This document shows positions 10,501 to 17,800 of a stretch of DNA of 64,000 nucleotides, one piece after another. This DNA comes from Spirochaetia bacterium. GTDB taxonomy: Bacteria; Spirochaetota; Spirochaetia; UBA9216. The notes below the pieces were generated by a model, which worked only from the letters and a program-made list of their open reading frames with translations, did no database searches and was not told where the DNA came from. A program made the position numbers and the translations under genes. The stretch covers positions 1,088,001-1,152,000 of the forward strand of contig OZ223269.1 in the NCBI GenBank assembly GCA_965140585.1, written 5' to 3'. Every line of letters begins with the position of its first letter. Within the stretch, counting starts at the first letter, position 1.

Positions 10501-13500
10501 AAAAGTAACAAAGATGATTAATCCCAATGCCGGTATGACAGATGCTGGTGATATACATGAGTATGTAACCTGGTACAGATATAATGCTCTTGGACGACTA
10601 AGCGAGATTTCATATCCATACAGGACATCAACTGGGGCTGTTTCAAAAACTATGGATTATAACTACGATACAAATACTCTCACCATCACGGATGAAGAAA
10701 ATAATCAAAGCACCGAAATCTATGATATGAGAGGAAATGTTATAAAGAAAAGTCAGGTTGTTGATGATGAAACAATCATTACTGAATTCTGGTATGACGG
10801 ACTTGGAAATCTGATTGCACAGGAAGGTCCATATCCTGACGCCGTAATAACAAAAAAATATAACAGTCTGAATCAATTAGTAAAACTGAGTATGCCTCTG
10901 AATACATTTTACGAAGGAGGCTCTATTGATACCAGTATCGCAATACGTCCTGTAACCGAATATTTTTATGACAGCAAGGGCAACAATGTTAAAGAAACAA
11001 GGATGTCCTCTGAAGGAATAAGGATCATAAAAAAACAATACGATGAACTTGGAAGAATTATAAAGATAAAGAACTTTCTTGATGATGAACAATTAAATGA
11101 AGAGTTTATCTACTATGACGAAAATGGAAATGTTACACGTAAAATTGATCCGAACGGATGTGAAACATCCTACACTTACACACCTGGGAACAATGTTGAG
11201 ACAGAGACAGATGCAGAACATGGTGTAACAAGCTATGAATACTATGATGACGGACTTGTCAAGTCAGCAGTAGACCCAAGAGGAAACAGCGGTAATTACC
11301 CGTCTCTTGATTTCAAAGTGACTTATGAATATGACAAGCTTAAAAGACTTTCTCGAGTTGAGCTTCCTCCCAAGAATGACGGAGGAGCAAGGACTTCTGT
11401 ATATTTTGAATACGATTTAAGAGGTAATTTAGTAAAGCAGACCGATGTAGACGGTCTTGTTACAGAATATAAGTATACACCTAGACAATGGGTGGAACAG
11501 AAAAGCATAACGGGTGATGGAAAGAGTTACATCACTTCCAATGAATATAACAGAAGAGGTAAACTTAAAAAAATTACTGATCCAAGAAATCAGAGTACAA
11601 ACATGGATTATGATGAACTCGGACGATTGATATATTCAAGAACCTCAGAGAATACAATAAACAGATTTGATTATGATGAAGCAGGGAATATTATTGAAAA
11701 AAAGTGGTATGGTAGAGACGGAATCAATGTAATTCAAATTTCCCAGAAGTTTGAATATGATCCTTACCAAAGACTAATAAAACAATTCGCCCCTGTTAAA
11801 TCTGAAGAAACAAGCGTTATTATTGAAAAAGCATACGGTTATGACAGATTCGGTAATATGAGCTTTGAAACAGATGCGCTTGGAAACAGTATCATATACA
11901 GTTATGACAGTCTGAACCGACTTGTCAGAGAGGAATCAGATGCCGGATTCTTAAAAGAATTTGATTATGATTATGGAGGGAGGCTCATTGAAAATGTTGA
12001 TTCAAACGGTAATAGAAGCATTTATCTCTATGATGATCGCGGACTTCTTTTAAGCAGAAACATCACCGGACCAAATGGAGAAAAATCTGTTACTTTTGCA
12101 TATGATGAAGCAGGCGAGGTAAAATGGTCATCTGATGATGACGTTTTTACCGGGTACAACGGAGCTGTCTCCACATCACCGGAATCCTATCTACCGGATG
12201 TATATGGAAGGATAAATTCAGTTGAAACGAGTATGGATGGTAAATCTTTCAATACATTTTATGAATATAATCCGTCGGATTTGGTGACTGGTATTACATC
12301 CCCTGATGGTGGAAGAGTTGGTTACAATTATAACCTTCTTGGTGAGTTACAATCAATAGAAGGCTATATAGATTCTGCACCCGTATATGATGCCGTAGGC
12401 TTGATAAAATCTATTACTGCATCAAACGGTGTATGCCTTTCACTGGAATATGATGGAGAAAGCCGACTTACGTCGAGGATATTCAGTGGTCAGGAGGCTG
12501 AGTATGTTAAAAAATATTCGCTTGATTATGATGAAGCAGGTAATATTTCTGACCTGATAAAAAATGATTCTGCTTTTGCAAGTACATATAATTATGATCT
12601 GAATAACAGACTATTATCGGATTACCTGAGAGAAGATTTCGCGGTCAATCCTGAAAATACATCTAATCAGGAAACACTTTATATCGAAGCAGATGATGTG
12701 AACGGTCAGAATATACTGGTTGAAACTAAGGGGACAGAAATCTTTCTTGACTATGCAGCTGGAAGTATTGGTGTTGATCTGAACGGAAACTACAAGGTAG
12801 CAAGAATTGAACTTACATCGAAGGATAAAACACGTGTAAAGGCTGAGAACCTGAGGGTATTCGTAAGTGATGACAATACTGAAAACAGTTATGCGGAACA
12901 GAAGGATTTTACCGTCAATGACGCTGAAACCGGCGGATTTGAAATAACACTTAAAAAACTTGTAAAAACCCGCTATATCAAAGTCATGACTGATTTCAAT
13001 GAAAGGGATATTGATTATACCCCTCTTAGAACCTTAAGCGAATTCAAAGGATCTCCGGAAGACATTCTAAAAATATATCATTATGTATCGCTTAGAAATG
13101 AAACATATTCATACGATGATGCAGGCAACAGGACAAGTCTTGATGTCTCATATACCGGAAACAGTACAGACTTTGGAACTATTTCCAATACTTACCTTTA
13201 TTATCCGAAGACAAACCGTCTTATTACGGATGGTAATTACTCCTTTCAGTATGATGCAAACGGGAATATGACAGCAAAAGGAAAATCCCTTATTGTTGAC
13301 AGCATTGTAGTTTCGGTCTCTGCTATGACAGACTGGAGCAGCTTTTCTGACAGCACATCAGGTATAACTTTCTCTGATAGCGATGAATTATGGAATTACA
13401 GCTATGATGTTCTGAACCGTTTAATTCGAGTATCAAAGAACGGGACAATAGTGGCGTCCTATACTTATAATGCTGATGGATTACGTGTTAAAAAAGAAAA

Positions 13501-14560
13501 GGAAGAAAGAACTGACTATTATGTATTCGATCTTAACGGAAATGTCCTCTATGAAGAGAAATTTAATTCTACCTGGTCAAAATATATTTATATAAAAACT
13601 ACGAAATTTGCCCGTGAAGATGGTATAGTAGGAGAAGCAATGAGTAAAAAGTACTATTACCATACAGATCATCTTGGTTCAACAGTCATGATAACAGATG
13701 AAGAAGCTGATGTTATATGGGATTGTGAATATACACCCTTCGGTGAATTAAATAACAAGCAGAATTTTGCAGAGCAAAAAACACAGTTCACAGGAAAAGA
13801 CTTTGATCCTGACACAGGCCTTTATTACTACAATGCCAGATGGTATGACCCGAATCTGGGTAGATTCACTACAGAAGACCCCATAAGAGACGGCCTAAAC
13901 TGGTACATCTACGCTAACAATAATCCGCTGAAGTTTGTTGACCCGACTGGGTTGGCGCCAAGGAATTTATCATACGAGGAACGTAAAGCTTACATAGATA
14001 GTATAAAATCTTGGACTAATAATAATTTGGCTAAAAACTACAGTGATTATCAATGTGCAGGACTGACAACAGTTGTAGCTAATGAAGCAATGAAGGCATC
14101 TACAGGAAACTCAGAGTATTTTAAAGAATTAACTCATAATGGTAATAATCTTACTGACTTAAAAGGGTCTCAACCAATAGCTGCTGATTTTGCCCCAAAT
14201 ACATCTGATGCCAAAAATAATATCTCTTATTATAAAGATGGTTCTGGAAACAACTATACTGATATTAAACAAGCATTTGAAGATGGAATCATTGAGCCTG
14301 GAACTATTGGTGTTTTTGGCTCCAATTCTCCAGATGAATATAGTGGACATGTTTTTACAGTACAGAATATTCGAGAAGAAGACGGTGTTATAACAATGGA
14401 TATTATTGAAGGCCATTCAGCAGAAGGGAGATCTTCAGAAATTTCTAAAAATATAACCATAGATAATTTTCAAGAGTATATCGATAATACTGGTGAATTT
14501 TATGGTTTTGGTGAAATTGGTGTTGGGAGTGCATTAGAACAACCTCCCGAGGGGCCGTAA
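4511..14560 (+). CDS. Giant Rhs/YD-repeat polymorphic toxin (signal peptide, discoidin-like, Ig/FN3, ZU5-like, YD repeats, Rhs core, CHAP-like C-terminal domain); likely start ATG 4523
   Basis: Many YD..G repeats; Rhs core YYYHTDHLGS…FTGKDFDPDTGLYYYNARWYDPNLGRFTTEDP…NPLKFVDPTGL; FN3 motif YSYKVRAVDRAEN; AGGTGA SD before ATG 4523. Confidence 0.95.
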   Translation: MSVKMKISGRISIIIVLLFLSLSNIHAAAGNLELSVTGASNNTDVLNPAEYAVDDSILTYWMLYPEETEGWFEITLNELSCIYAIELSGTLDLENIINFEYDSNGIWKSFLNHELTAISSSGEYIDVSAYKIVTDKIRVYLQGEDTSYSNIEDLKVFGESFSDTYHKFNIKNISGEENIFHPLSNLSDENTKTYWETESIGNWVINLLRGARNWITECFENGNFNFRNQDTMWKNENGAVISLQSSSKIYRIKAYLSEDYTGDARINYLADGEWTEITVIEEENITPGWHIIDIPYGLEADSIQLISDKTSSTGSWWSWLFGSDSSEISGLCEIEFWGKSYSPVTEALAFFIEDTDLNSGLNGIFDASISDNYKVEFILNVNSGNCIIAEINGNQIQVPLLKETDGAFFYQVKIDNDLLWNGDNFLRLESLDNHLIRGSISGISRTGILNNIGVPDYFTADSTGYYEIDLNSEISLEEVLLTTNNIFNERIFYRSENQWFELTWSALTSHTLKYSVYLSESGNNVNLSADCIRIEGLTSGTQYGVTVKGSRITDSAPQIQMYWPKNGEVIEQSKLGTMFAVGYVDDENAVISLNDEEAQNIGNLFWIANMPGNIITDGEYALHISATDLEGRTTEKTIYWSNIDSNVYSCDLSEEIIYTLDDTIKVEGRTNPSASVYINEEIVDGSSRLYSKDVELIPGLNIITIKFVHRTQGIFALLQRRVFLVTTEPVLEISKPDDIDYTSAQQIDLTGILSVAGAYEIECEDYEVQDDGTLFTVASVSLVSGVNNNIIVTLTDQFGRTSTDSVSVFCDVNTPVLTGLSPERGSILSESVNTFVITVSDESELSVFMNGLVVPGGSGIFEKTISLSDGFYSLPLVLKDQAGNTRQDYLDYTVDTVPPVDFTVDVTPAGWTSDNHPVISFKTTDATSGIDYYEISIDEGSYYVIKSPYQLPVQDEGEHTIAVRAVDKAGHMTYSYAETKTDTILPEALTTFDIIPGNAELNLYWSDGESDVISYEIIRSPQWDDGEQLCISRREDNQVFTDTEVLNGFEYSYKVRAVDRAENKSGFTATINAVPGIETQVIPDSGKVKAEYETSVLFINTESLPPDAQSIRIAELAPDWIEAEALNFEHTFVGSVYDFTLLDSNDEETSPGILFSESYIGVLDYDPSLLPSGYSEENISVYSFDKRWGRWSKLKNCAVDPENNKVVFSSNHFSLYTPVADSVEDISPEEIADSGYSPFGTYVNHEGFTVSPQGGNAHTSVTELVLSGPNGFDFELKRYYDLSVAKSDTHADVPVDVVKYLENQGDYAYSMGNGWRLNLPYIKNASAQQYLIMPDGSMFGFKSLQLTNTPAKSDKRSLILESHSGEHFSLLVTQTENDKEVYFIGAGGSSEQSWISTSYTLTLTDGKQYIFDGKGRTTEIKSSDEEFSISVSYASGSYEIDKISDSVGRYLSFEYAETSDSIDMPYIKKISLDSADPYRRSISYTQENGYLISSIDTGGRNWSYGYGNEYYVGGPKNPVPFSLTEALKEFNDDTDLYDIISNLAEPVSEYTYKPLSTIEGPGMGRIEATYDTVHPSDDENAYCRVLTKQVTVYNDYAAGSDDSVRATMYDYDFTDADSDYGYYISKSIVDELNHNRYIAYNYEFKKLTKTYWSEEDGIITSETIEDDENSGSRFNNEKWYEKINNSSSNLKLLKTKTKSYAEETDVNPSSEKITHGLGNDSITTNYTYDDWGNRTVIEETSVAGSRVRKNITYRDYSSGESASGASYKEYSESGLINENVPARIKNLVIKEQVTNYTPLIDSLGTGGNNAGTAVKAYNYYSYDDKGRLNGKSVWDSSNNVWNKTLYTWNSAGDLSSITDSENHVTSFTYDANHYILTKTEKAVTDADGNPTDIKWQYKYNYAGWLISETDPRQKTTTTAFDKLGRVVSKTEPGDAGDNYIINVFYNDIPGLLYSTMTDSLGRKIVREYNDLSQMVKQSSYLDSATASVIELGYDRFGKVTKMINPNAGMTDAGDIHEYVTWYRYNALGRLSEISYPYRTSTGAVSKTMDYNYDTNTLTITDEENNQSTEIYDMRGNVIKKSQVVDDETIITEFWYDGLGNLIAQEGPYPDAVITKKYNSLNQLVKLSMPLNTFYEGGSIDTSIAIRPVTEYFYDSKGNNVKETRMSSEGIRIIKKQYDELGRIIKIKNFLDDEQLNEEFIYYDENGNVTRKIDPNGCETSYTYTPGNNVETETDAEHGVTSYEYYDDGLVKSAVDPRGNSGNYPSLDFKVTYEYDKLKRLSRVELPPKNDGGARTSVYFEYDLRGNLVKQTDVDGLVTEYKYTPRQWVEQKSITGDGKSYITSNEYNRRGKLKKITDPRNQSTNMDYDELGRLIYSRTSENTINRFDYDEAGNIIEKKWYGRDGINVIQISQKFEYDPYQRLIKQFAPVKSEETSVIIEKAYGYDRFGNMSFETDALGNSIIYSYDSLNRLVREESDAGFLKEFDYDYGGRLIENVDSNGNRSIYLYDDRGLLLSRNITGPNGEKSVTFAYDEAGEVKWSSDDDVFTGYNGAVSTSPESYLPDVYGRINSVETSMDGKSFNTFYEYNPSDLVTGITSPDGGRVGYNYNLLGELQSIEGYIDSAPVYDAVGLIKSITASNGVCLSLEYDGESRLTSRIFSGQEAEYVKKYSLDYDEAGNISDLIKNDSAFASTYNYDLNNRLLSDYLREDFAVNPENTSNQETLYIEADDVNGQNILVETKGTEIFLDYAAGSIGVDLNGNYKVARIELTSKDKTRVKAENLRVFVSDDNTENSYAEQKDFTVNDAETGGFEITLKKLVKTRYIKVMTDFNERDIDYTPLRTLSEFKGSPEDILKIYHYVSLRNETYSYDDAGNRTSLDVSYTGNSTDFGTISNTYLYYPKTNRLITDGNYSFQYDANGNMTAKGKSLIVDSIVVSVSAMTDWSSFSDSTSGITFSDSDELWNYSYDVLNRLIRVSKNGTIVASYTYNADGLRVKKEKEERTDYYVFDLNGNVLYEEKFNSTWSKYIYIKTTKFAREDGIVGEAMSKKYYYHTDHLGSTVMITDEEADVIWDCEYTPFGELNNKQNFAEQKTQFTGKDFDPDTGLYYYNARWYDPNLGRFTTEDPIRDGLNWYIYANNNPLKFVDPTGLAPRNLSYEERKAYIDSIKSWTNNNLAKNYSDYQCAGLTTVVANEAMKASTGNSEYFKELTHNGNNLTDLKGSQPIAADFAPNTSDAKNNISYYKDGSGNNYTDIKQAFEDGIIEPGTIGVFGSNSPDEYSGHVFTVQNIREEDGVITMDIIEGHSAEGRSSEISKNITIDNFQEYIDNTGEFYGFGEIGVGSALEQPPEGP

Positions 14561-14562
14561 AT

Positions 14563-15273
14563 ATGAAATTAAAAATTATTTTAATTATTTTTCTTTTTAA
14601 TATTTCTTTAGCTTATAGTGATGAAATCATAGATTATAAAAATACGGATACTGTCTATTGTGAATCTATTATCAAATGTGGCCCAGATTATCTGGGCATA
14701 TATTCATATGGCAAGGAAAATGAGGAGAAAAATAAGTATAAATCATTAGTAATCGCTTTCGATAAAGATAAAAATGTCTTTGATTCTGAAATGATCACTT
14801 ATATGAGGGATGACCAAAACTATATCTTTACTAATGATAAATATATAATTTTGAGAATACACTTCCCTAATACTTCTACTCCTCATTTCTTGATATTCTC
14901 ATCGGAGACACAAAAAATCTCTGTAATATCTTCTGAATTACCTTGGGTTGCACAATTTTTCGTTTATAAAAATATACTTTACTATTCTTCTTATAAAGGG
15001 GCACCAAATATTAATTATATAGATTTAAATACTGGTATGAGATTTAAATATAAAGATTTTTATATCCCAGGTGCGAGTTTTGTTGTTGAAGACAATGAAG
15101 TATATGCTGTATGCAATAGTAGATATCCAAAGACAGCATTTTTAATAGATGAAGATGGTATTAAGAAAGTTGATAAGTCTTTTGAGACTAACTATAACAA
15201 CATTCGATTAGATGAATATGTAGTTGAAGAATATATCCCTTTTGAAGAATTAAGGTATAAACCTTCTTTATAA
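14563..15273 (+). CDS. Putative cognate immunity protein, exported (signal peptide)
   Basis: Starts 2 nt after the Rhs stop; very AT-rich; MKLKIILIIFLFNISLAYS signal peptide; position typical of Rhs immunity genes. Confidence 0.7.
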   Translation: MKLKIILIIFLFNISLAYSDEIIDYKNTDTVYCESIIKCGPDYLGIYSYGKENEEKNKYKSLVIAFDKDKNVFDSEMITYMRDDQNYIFTNDKYIILRIHFPNTSTPHFLIFSSETQKISVISSELPWVAQFFVYKNILYYSSYKGAPNINYIDLNTGMRFKYKDFYIPGASFVVEDNEVYAVCNSRYPKTAFLIDEDGIKKVDKSFETNYNNIRLDEYVVEEYIPFEELRYKPSL

Positions 15274-15280
15274 TAATAAT

Positions 15281-15491
15281 TCTCCCGCCCACAAATTTCG
15301 TCTAACGCCCGTTAGACGAACCCGAAAGGGCGGCGAGGGGAAATGCAATGCCGGCAGATTTTGTAACAACGGGTTGTTGTACGAAGTCTGCCGGTTAATT
15401 ATATAAACCACCTTACAGATTTAATGTATCAAAAACGGTTAGAGCTCCGGGCCTGAACGTGCAGTTTCCCGAGCCGGTTTTGGGCGGGAGA
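15281..15491. repeat. GC-rich multi-hairpin element bounded by an 11-bp inverted repeat
   Basis: TCTCCCGCCCA(15281-15291)/TGGGCGGGAGA(15481-15491); internal hairpins at 15297-15320, 15321-15330 and 15351-15394. Confidence 0.6.
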
Positions 15492-15526
15492 GAGAAGATA
15501 CGCTTCATGTTGGGAGCAAATAAAGG

Positions 15527-15670
15527 TTGCAAGGGTACGCTGCGGTTTTCCCCCCTTGGCCGCCCCCCAGACCCCCTGCTTACCCCCCTTTCCCTGCTTA
15601 GGTACCGGGTTTGACCCGGGGGGCTCAAAAGGGGTGACAACCTCCGCCGGGCTCCGCCTTGCCCTTGCAA
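15527..15670. repeat. GC-rich palindromic element bounded by TTGCAAGGG…CCCTTGCAA
   Basis: 9-bp perfect terminal inverted repeat, C-runs and G-runs, internal hairpin CCGGGT-ttg-ACCCGG. Confidence 0.55.
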
Positions 15671-15741
15671 GAGATTAATAGTTACTGATGTTTTGTTCAA
15701 ATAAAAAGAATCTGATGTTCTTCGAGAAAGCTGTGATCTTT

Positions 15742-16020
15742 CTAGAGAAGCTGTAAAAAGCGTGATGCAGGACCCTGCGGTTTATTACGCCCAGATTCCC
15801 AGGCTTCAACAGTTTTGATAGATAATCCAATAGCTTCAGCGATAATCATCTGAGACAGATTCAGAGATTCTCTGATTTTTTTGATTTTCGTCGCGTTATA
15901 TTCAGGAACAGGAGAAACTGTAACTTTACGTCTTTTAACGTTTTTAAGATTACCATTGCTCACTTCAAGAGCCTCATTTAATCCGGTCATAATAGAGTTG
16001 AAATATGTATTCTTTTTCAT
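15742..16020 (-). CDS. XRE/HigA-type HTH antitoxin, probably shortened by a premature TAG
   Basis: IKKIRESLNLSQ…IGLSIKTVEAWESGRNKPQGPASRFLQLL HTH_3 motif; GGAGG SD; the frame continues past TAG as KDHSFLEEHQILFI* to 15697. Confidence 0.85.
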   Translation of the reverse strand: MKKNTYFNSIMTGLNEALEVSNGNLKNVKRRKVTVSPVPEYNATKIKKIRESLNLSQMIIAEAIGLSIKTVEAWESGRNKPQGPASRFLQLL

Positions 16021-16190
16021 TTTTGGCCTCCCTGCTTTCTCAGGTTTGCTTTTATTTGTTCGATAACAGACTTAATCTGTTTCTTTTCACCCTGTGATAA
16101 ACTTTCCTGCACATTCTTTTTGAAGCATGCAATCATGTAGATTTGTTCGAAGTAGGCAAAATCAACATGAAGAAATCTATTTTCCGCAAC
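16017..16190 (-). pseudogene. C-terminal remnant of a RelE/HigB-family toxin
   Basis: …RFLHVDFAYFEQIYMIACFKKNVQESLSQGEKKQIKSVIEQIK…* resembles the HigB C-terminal half (R-x-x-Y/H-VDF…IYLI..Y/F.KN..ENLS..EK). Its TGA overlaps the antitoxin ATG; the N-terminal half is missing. Confidence 0.7.
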
Positions 16191-17243
16191 TCAAAAACAC
16201 CGTCCGTATTTTTCCTTGGCACAGAAACCCAGATCACACTTATAACAAATCTCGTTAACCAGCGGCTTATCTTCTGCAAAGGCTTTAATATTTTCAAGCG
16301 TGGTTTCTGCTATATTGTTCAGCGCCTCACCGGTAAAAAAAGCCTGGTGAGATGTAATAAGCACATTATGGAATGTCATTAGCCTGGCCAGGATATCATC
16401 TTCAATTGTTGCAGAGGAATAATCTTCAAAAAAATAGTCTGCCTCCTCTTCATAGACATCGAGACCGGCAGAACCAATCCTTCCTGATTTTAATCCTTCA
16501 ATTAGATCTGCAGAGTTAACAAGGCTTCCGCGTCCTGTATTGATTATCATAACTCCAGGTTTCATGGTCTCGATAGATTTTGTATTTATCATATGCCTTG
16601 TTTCGGCTGTAAGGGGACAGTGCAGTGAAATGATATCCGAGCTCTTATACAGGGTCTGCAGATCAACATATTCGACGTCATACTTATCTGAAAACTCTTT
16701 ATCATGATAACTGTCAAAAGCCATTATTTTCATTCCGAATCCATGTAGAATTTTTATTAGTATCCGGCCGATTTTTCCAGTTCCAATAACTCCGGCTGTT
16801 TTACCGTTCATATCAAATCCCAGCAGACCGTCTATGTTGAAATTGTTATCACGCACTCGATAATAAGCCCTGTGTGTTTTTCTGTTCAAGGCAAGCATTA
16901 AGGCGACTGCATGCTCAGCTACCGCATATGGTGAGTAAGCGGGAACCCTTAAAACATGTATACGCTTGAAAACAGCCTTAAGATCTACATTATTATAGCC
17001 TGCGGATCTTAAGACTATAAGTTTAATTCGGTTATCAGCTAAAATATCTGCAACTTCACTGGATATTTCATCGTTTACAAAAGCACAAACGACATCGTAA
17101 CCTTTAGAAAGCGCTGCGGTATTACGATTCAGTCTTGTTTTCAGGTATGTCAAATCAAAACCATAGAATTTGTTTGTTCGGTCGAAGGAAAGTTCATCAT
17201 AGGGCTTAGAATCATAAAAAATCACTTTCATATTCATATGCAA
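16191..17243 (-). CDS. ldhA: D-lactate dehydrogenase / D-2-hydroxyacid dehydrogenase
   Basis: RSAGYNNVD, VPAYSPYAVAEHA, GVIGTGKIG, SLHCPLT, INTGRG, LDVYEEE, TSHQAFFT motifs. Confidence 0.92.
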   Translation of the reverse strand: MHMNMKVIFYDSKPYDELSFDRTNKFYGFDLTYLKTRLNRNTAALSKGYDVVCAFVNDEISSEVADILADNRIKLIVLRSAGYNNVDLKAVFKRIHVLRVPAYSPYAVAEHAVALMLALNRKTHRAYYRVRDNNFNIDGLLGFDMNGKTAGVIGTGKIGRILIKILHGFGMKIMAFDSYHDKEFSDKYDVEYVDLQTLYKSSDIISLHCPLTAETRHMINTKSIETMKPGVMIINTGRGSLVNSADLIEGLKSGRIGSAGLDVYEEEADYFFEDYSSATIEDDILARLMTFHNVLITSHQAFFTGEALNNIAETTLENIKAFAEDKPLVNEICYKCDLGFCAKEKYGRCF

Positions 17244-17352
17244 CTCCGTAATAAATATTATTATTTATTGCACAAGAATCAAGAAAAGTATGAGTCAAAA
17301 AAAATAGACTTACATAAAGCATCATCACAATACCTTACATAAGTCTATTTCA

Positions 17353-17713
17353 TGGAGGTGGCGGGAATCGAACCCGCGTCCTAATGGGCCCGCCGTAAAC
17401 GTCTACAAGCTTAGTTTCTTCTTAGTTTTTTCGAACGAAGCACGGTGAAAAAACGAACCAACTTCATCTATATTCCGCAAAAATGTCCCTGCTAAAGTAC
17501 AGACCCGATAACAGGTAAGCCCCGGTTTCTTTCAGGAGCAACCGGTCTTAGGAGCAGCATCCCGGTGTCCCGCGCTGCGTTAATTAAGCAGCTAAAGCGT
17601 AATCAGCTTCGAAATTATCTTCGGCAATTACATTTAGGTTCCAGTTTAAAGAGTTAGAGCTCTGCCTGCAGTCTACAACGATGACATCCACCAGTCGAAA
17701 CCAGTGCACCCCC
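17353..17713 (-). ncRNA. ssrA: tmRNA, tag peptide (A)AEDNFEADYALAA* at 17625-17584
   Basis: Minus strand begins GGGGGTGCACTGGTTTCGAC and ends GACGCGGGTTCGATTCCCGCCACCTCCA; the tag ORF ends YALAA-TAA; smpB nearby. Confidence 0.97.
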
Positions 17714-17728
17714 GTTTATAGTAGGATG

Positions 17729-17757
17729 ATAATACTTAAAATAGGGTGGAAAATCAA
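17729..17757 (-). promoter_or_regulatory. sigma70-type promoter of ssrA
   Basis: TTGATT-17 nt-TATTAT on the minus strand just upstream of the tmRNA 5' end. Confidence 0.65.
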
Positions 17758-17800
17758 GTAAAAACTTGTGTTAAAGCAGGACAGCATTCATAATAAATAT

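Noticed and set aside
15413-15700. 95-aa minus-strand ORF
   Set aside because: Gly/Arg/Pro-rich translation of GC-rich palindromic DNA; no SD or domain
15742-15744. TAG as pyrrolysine or programmed readthrough in the antitoxin
   Set aside because: No pyl genes here and other genes use TAG as a normal stop; simple nonsense decay fits the broken toxin next door
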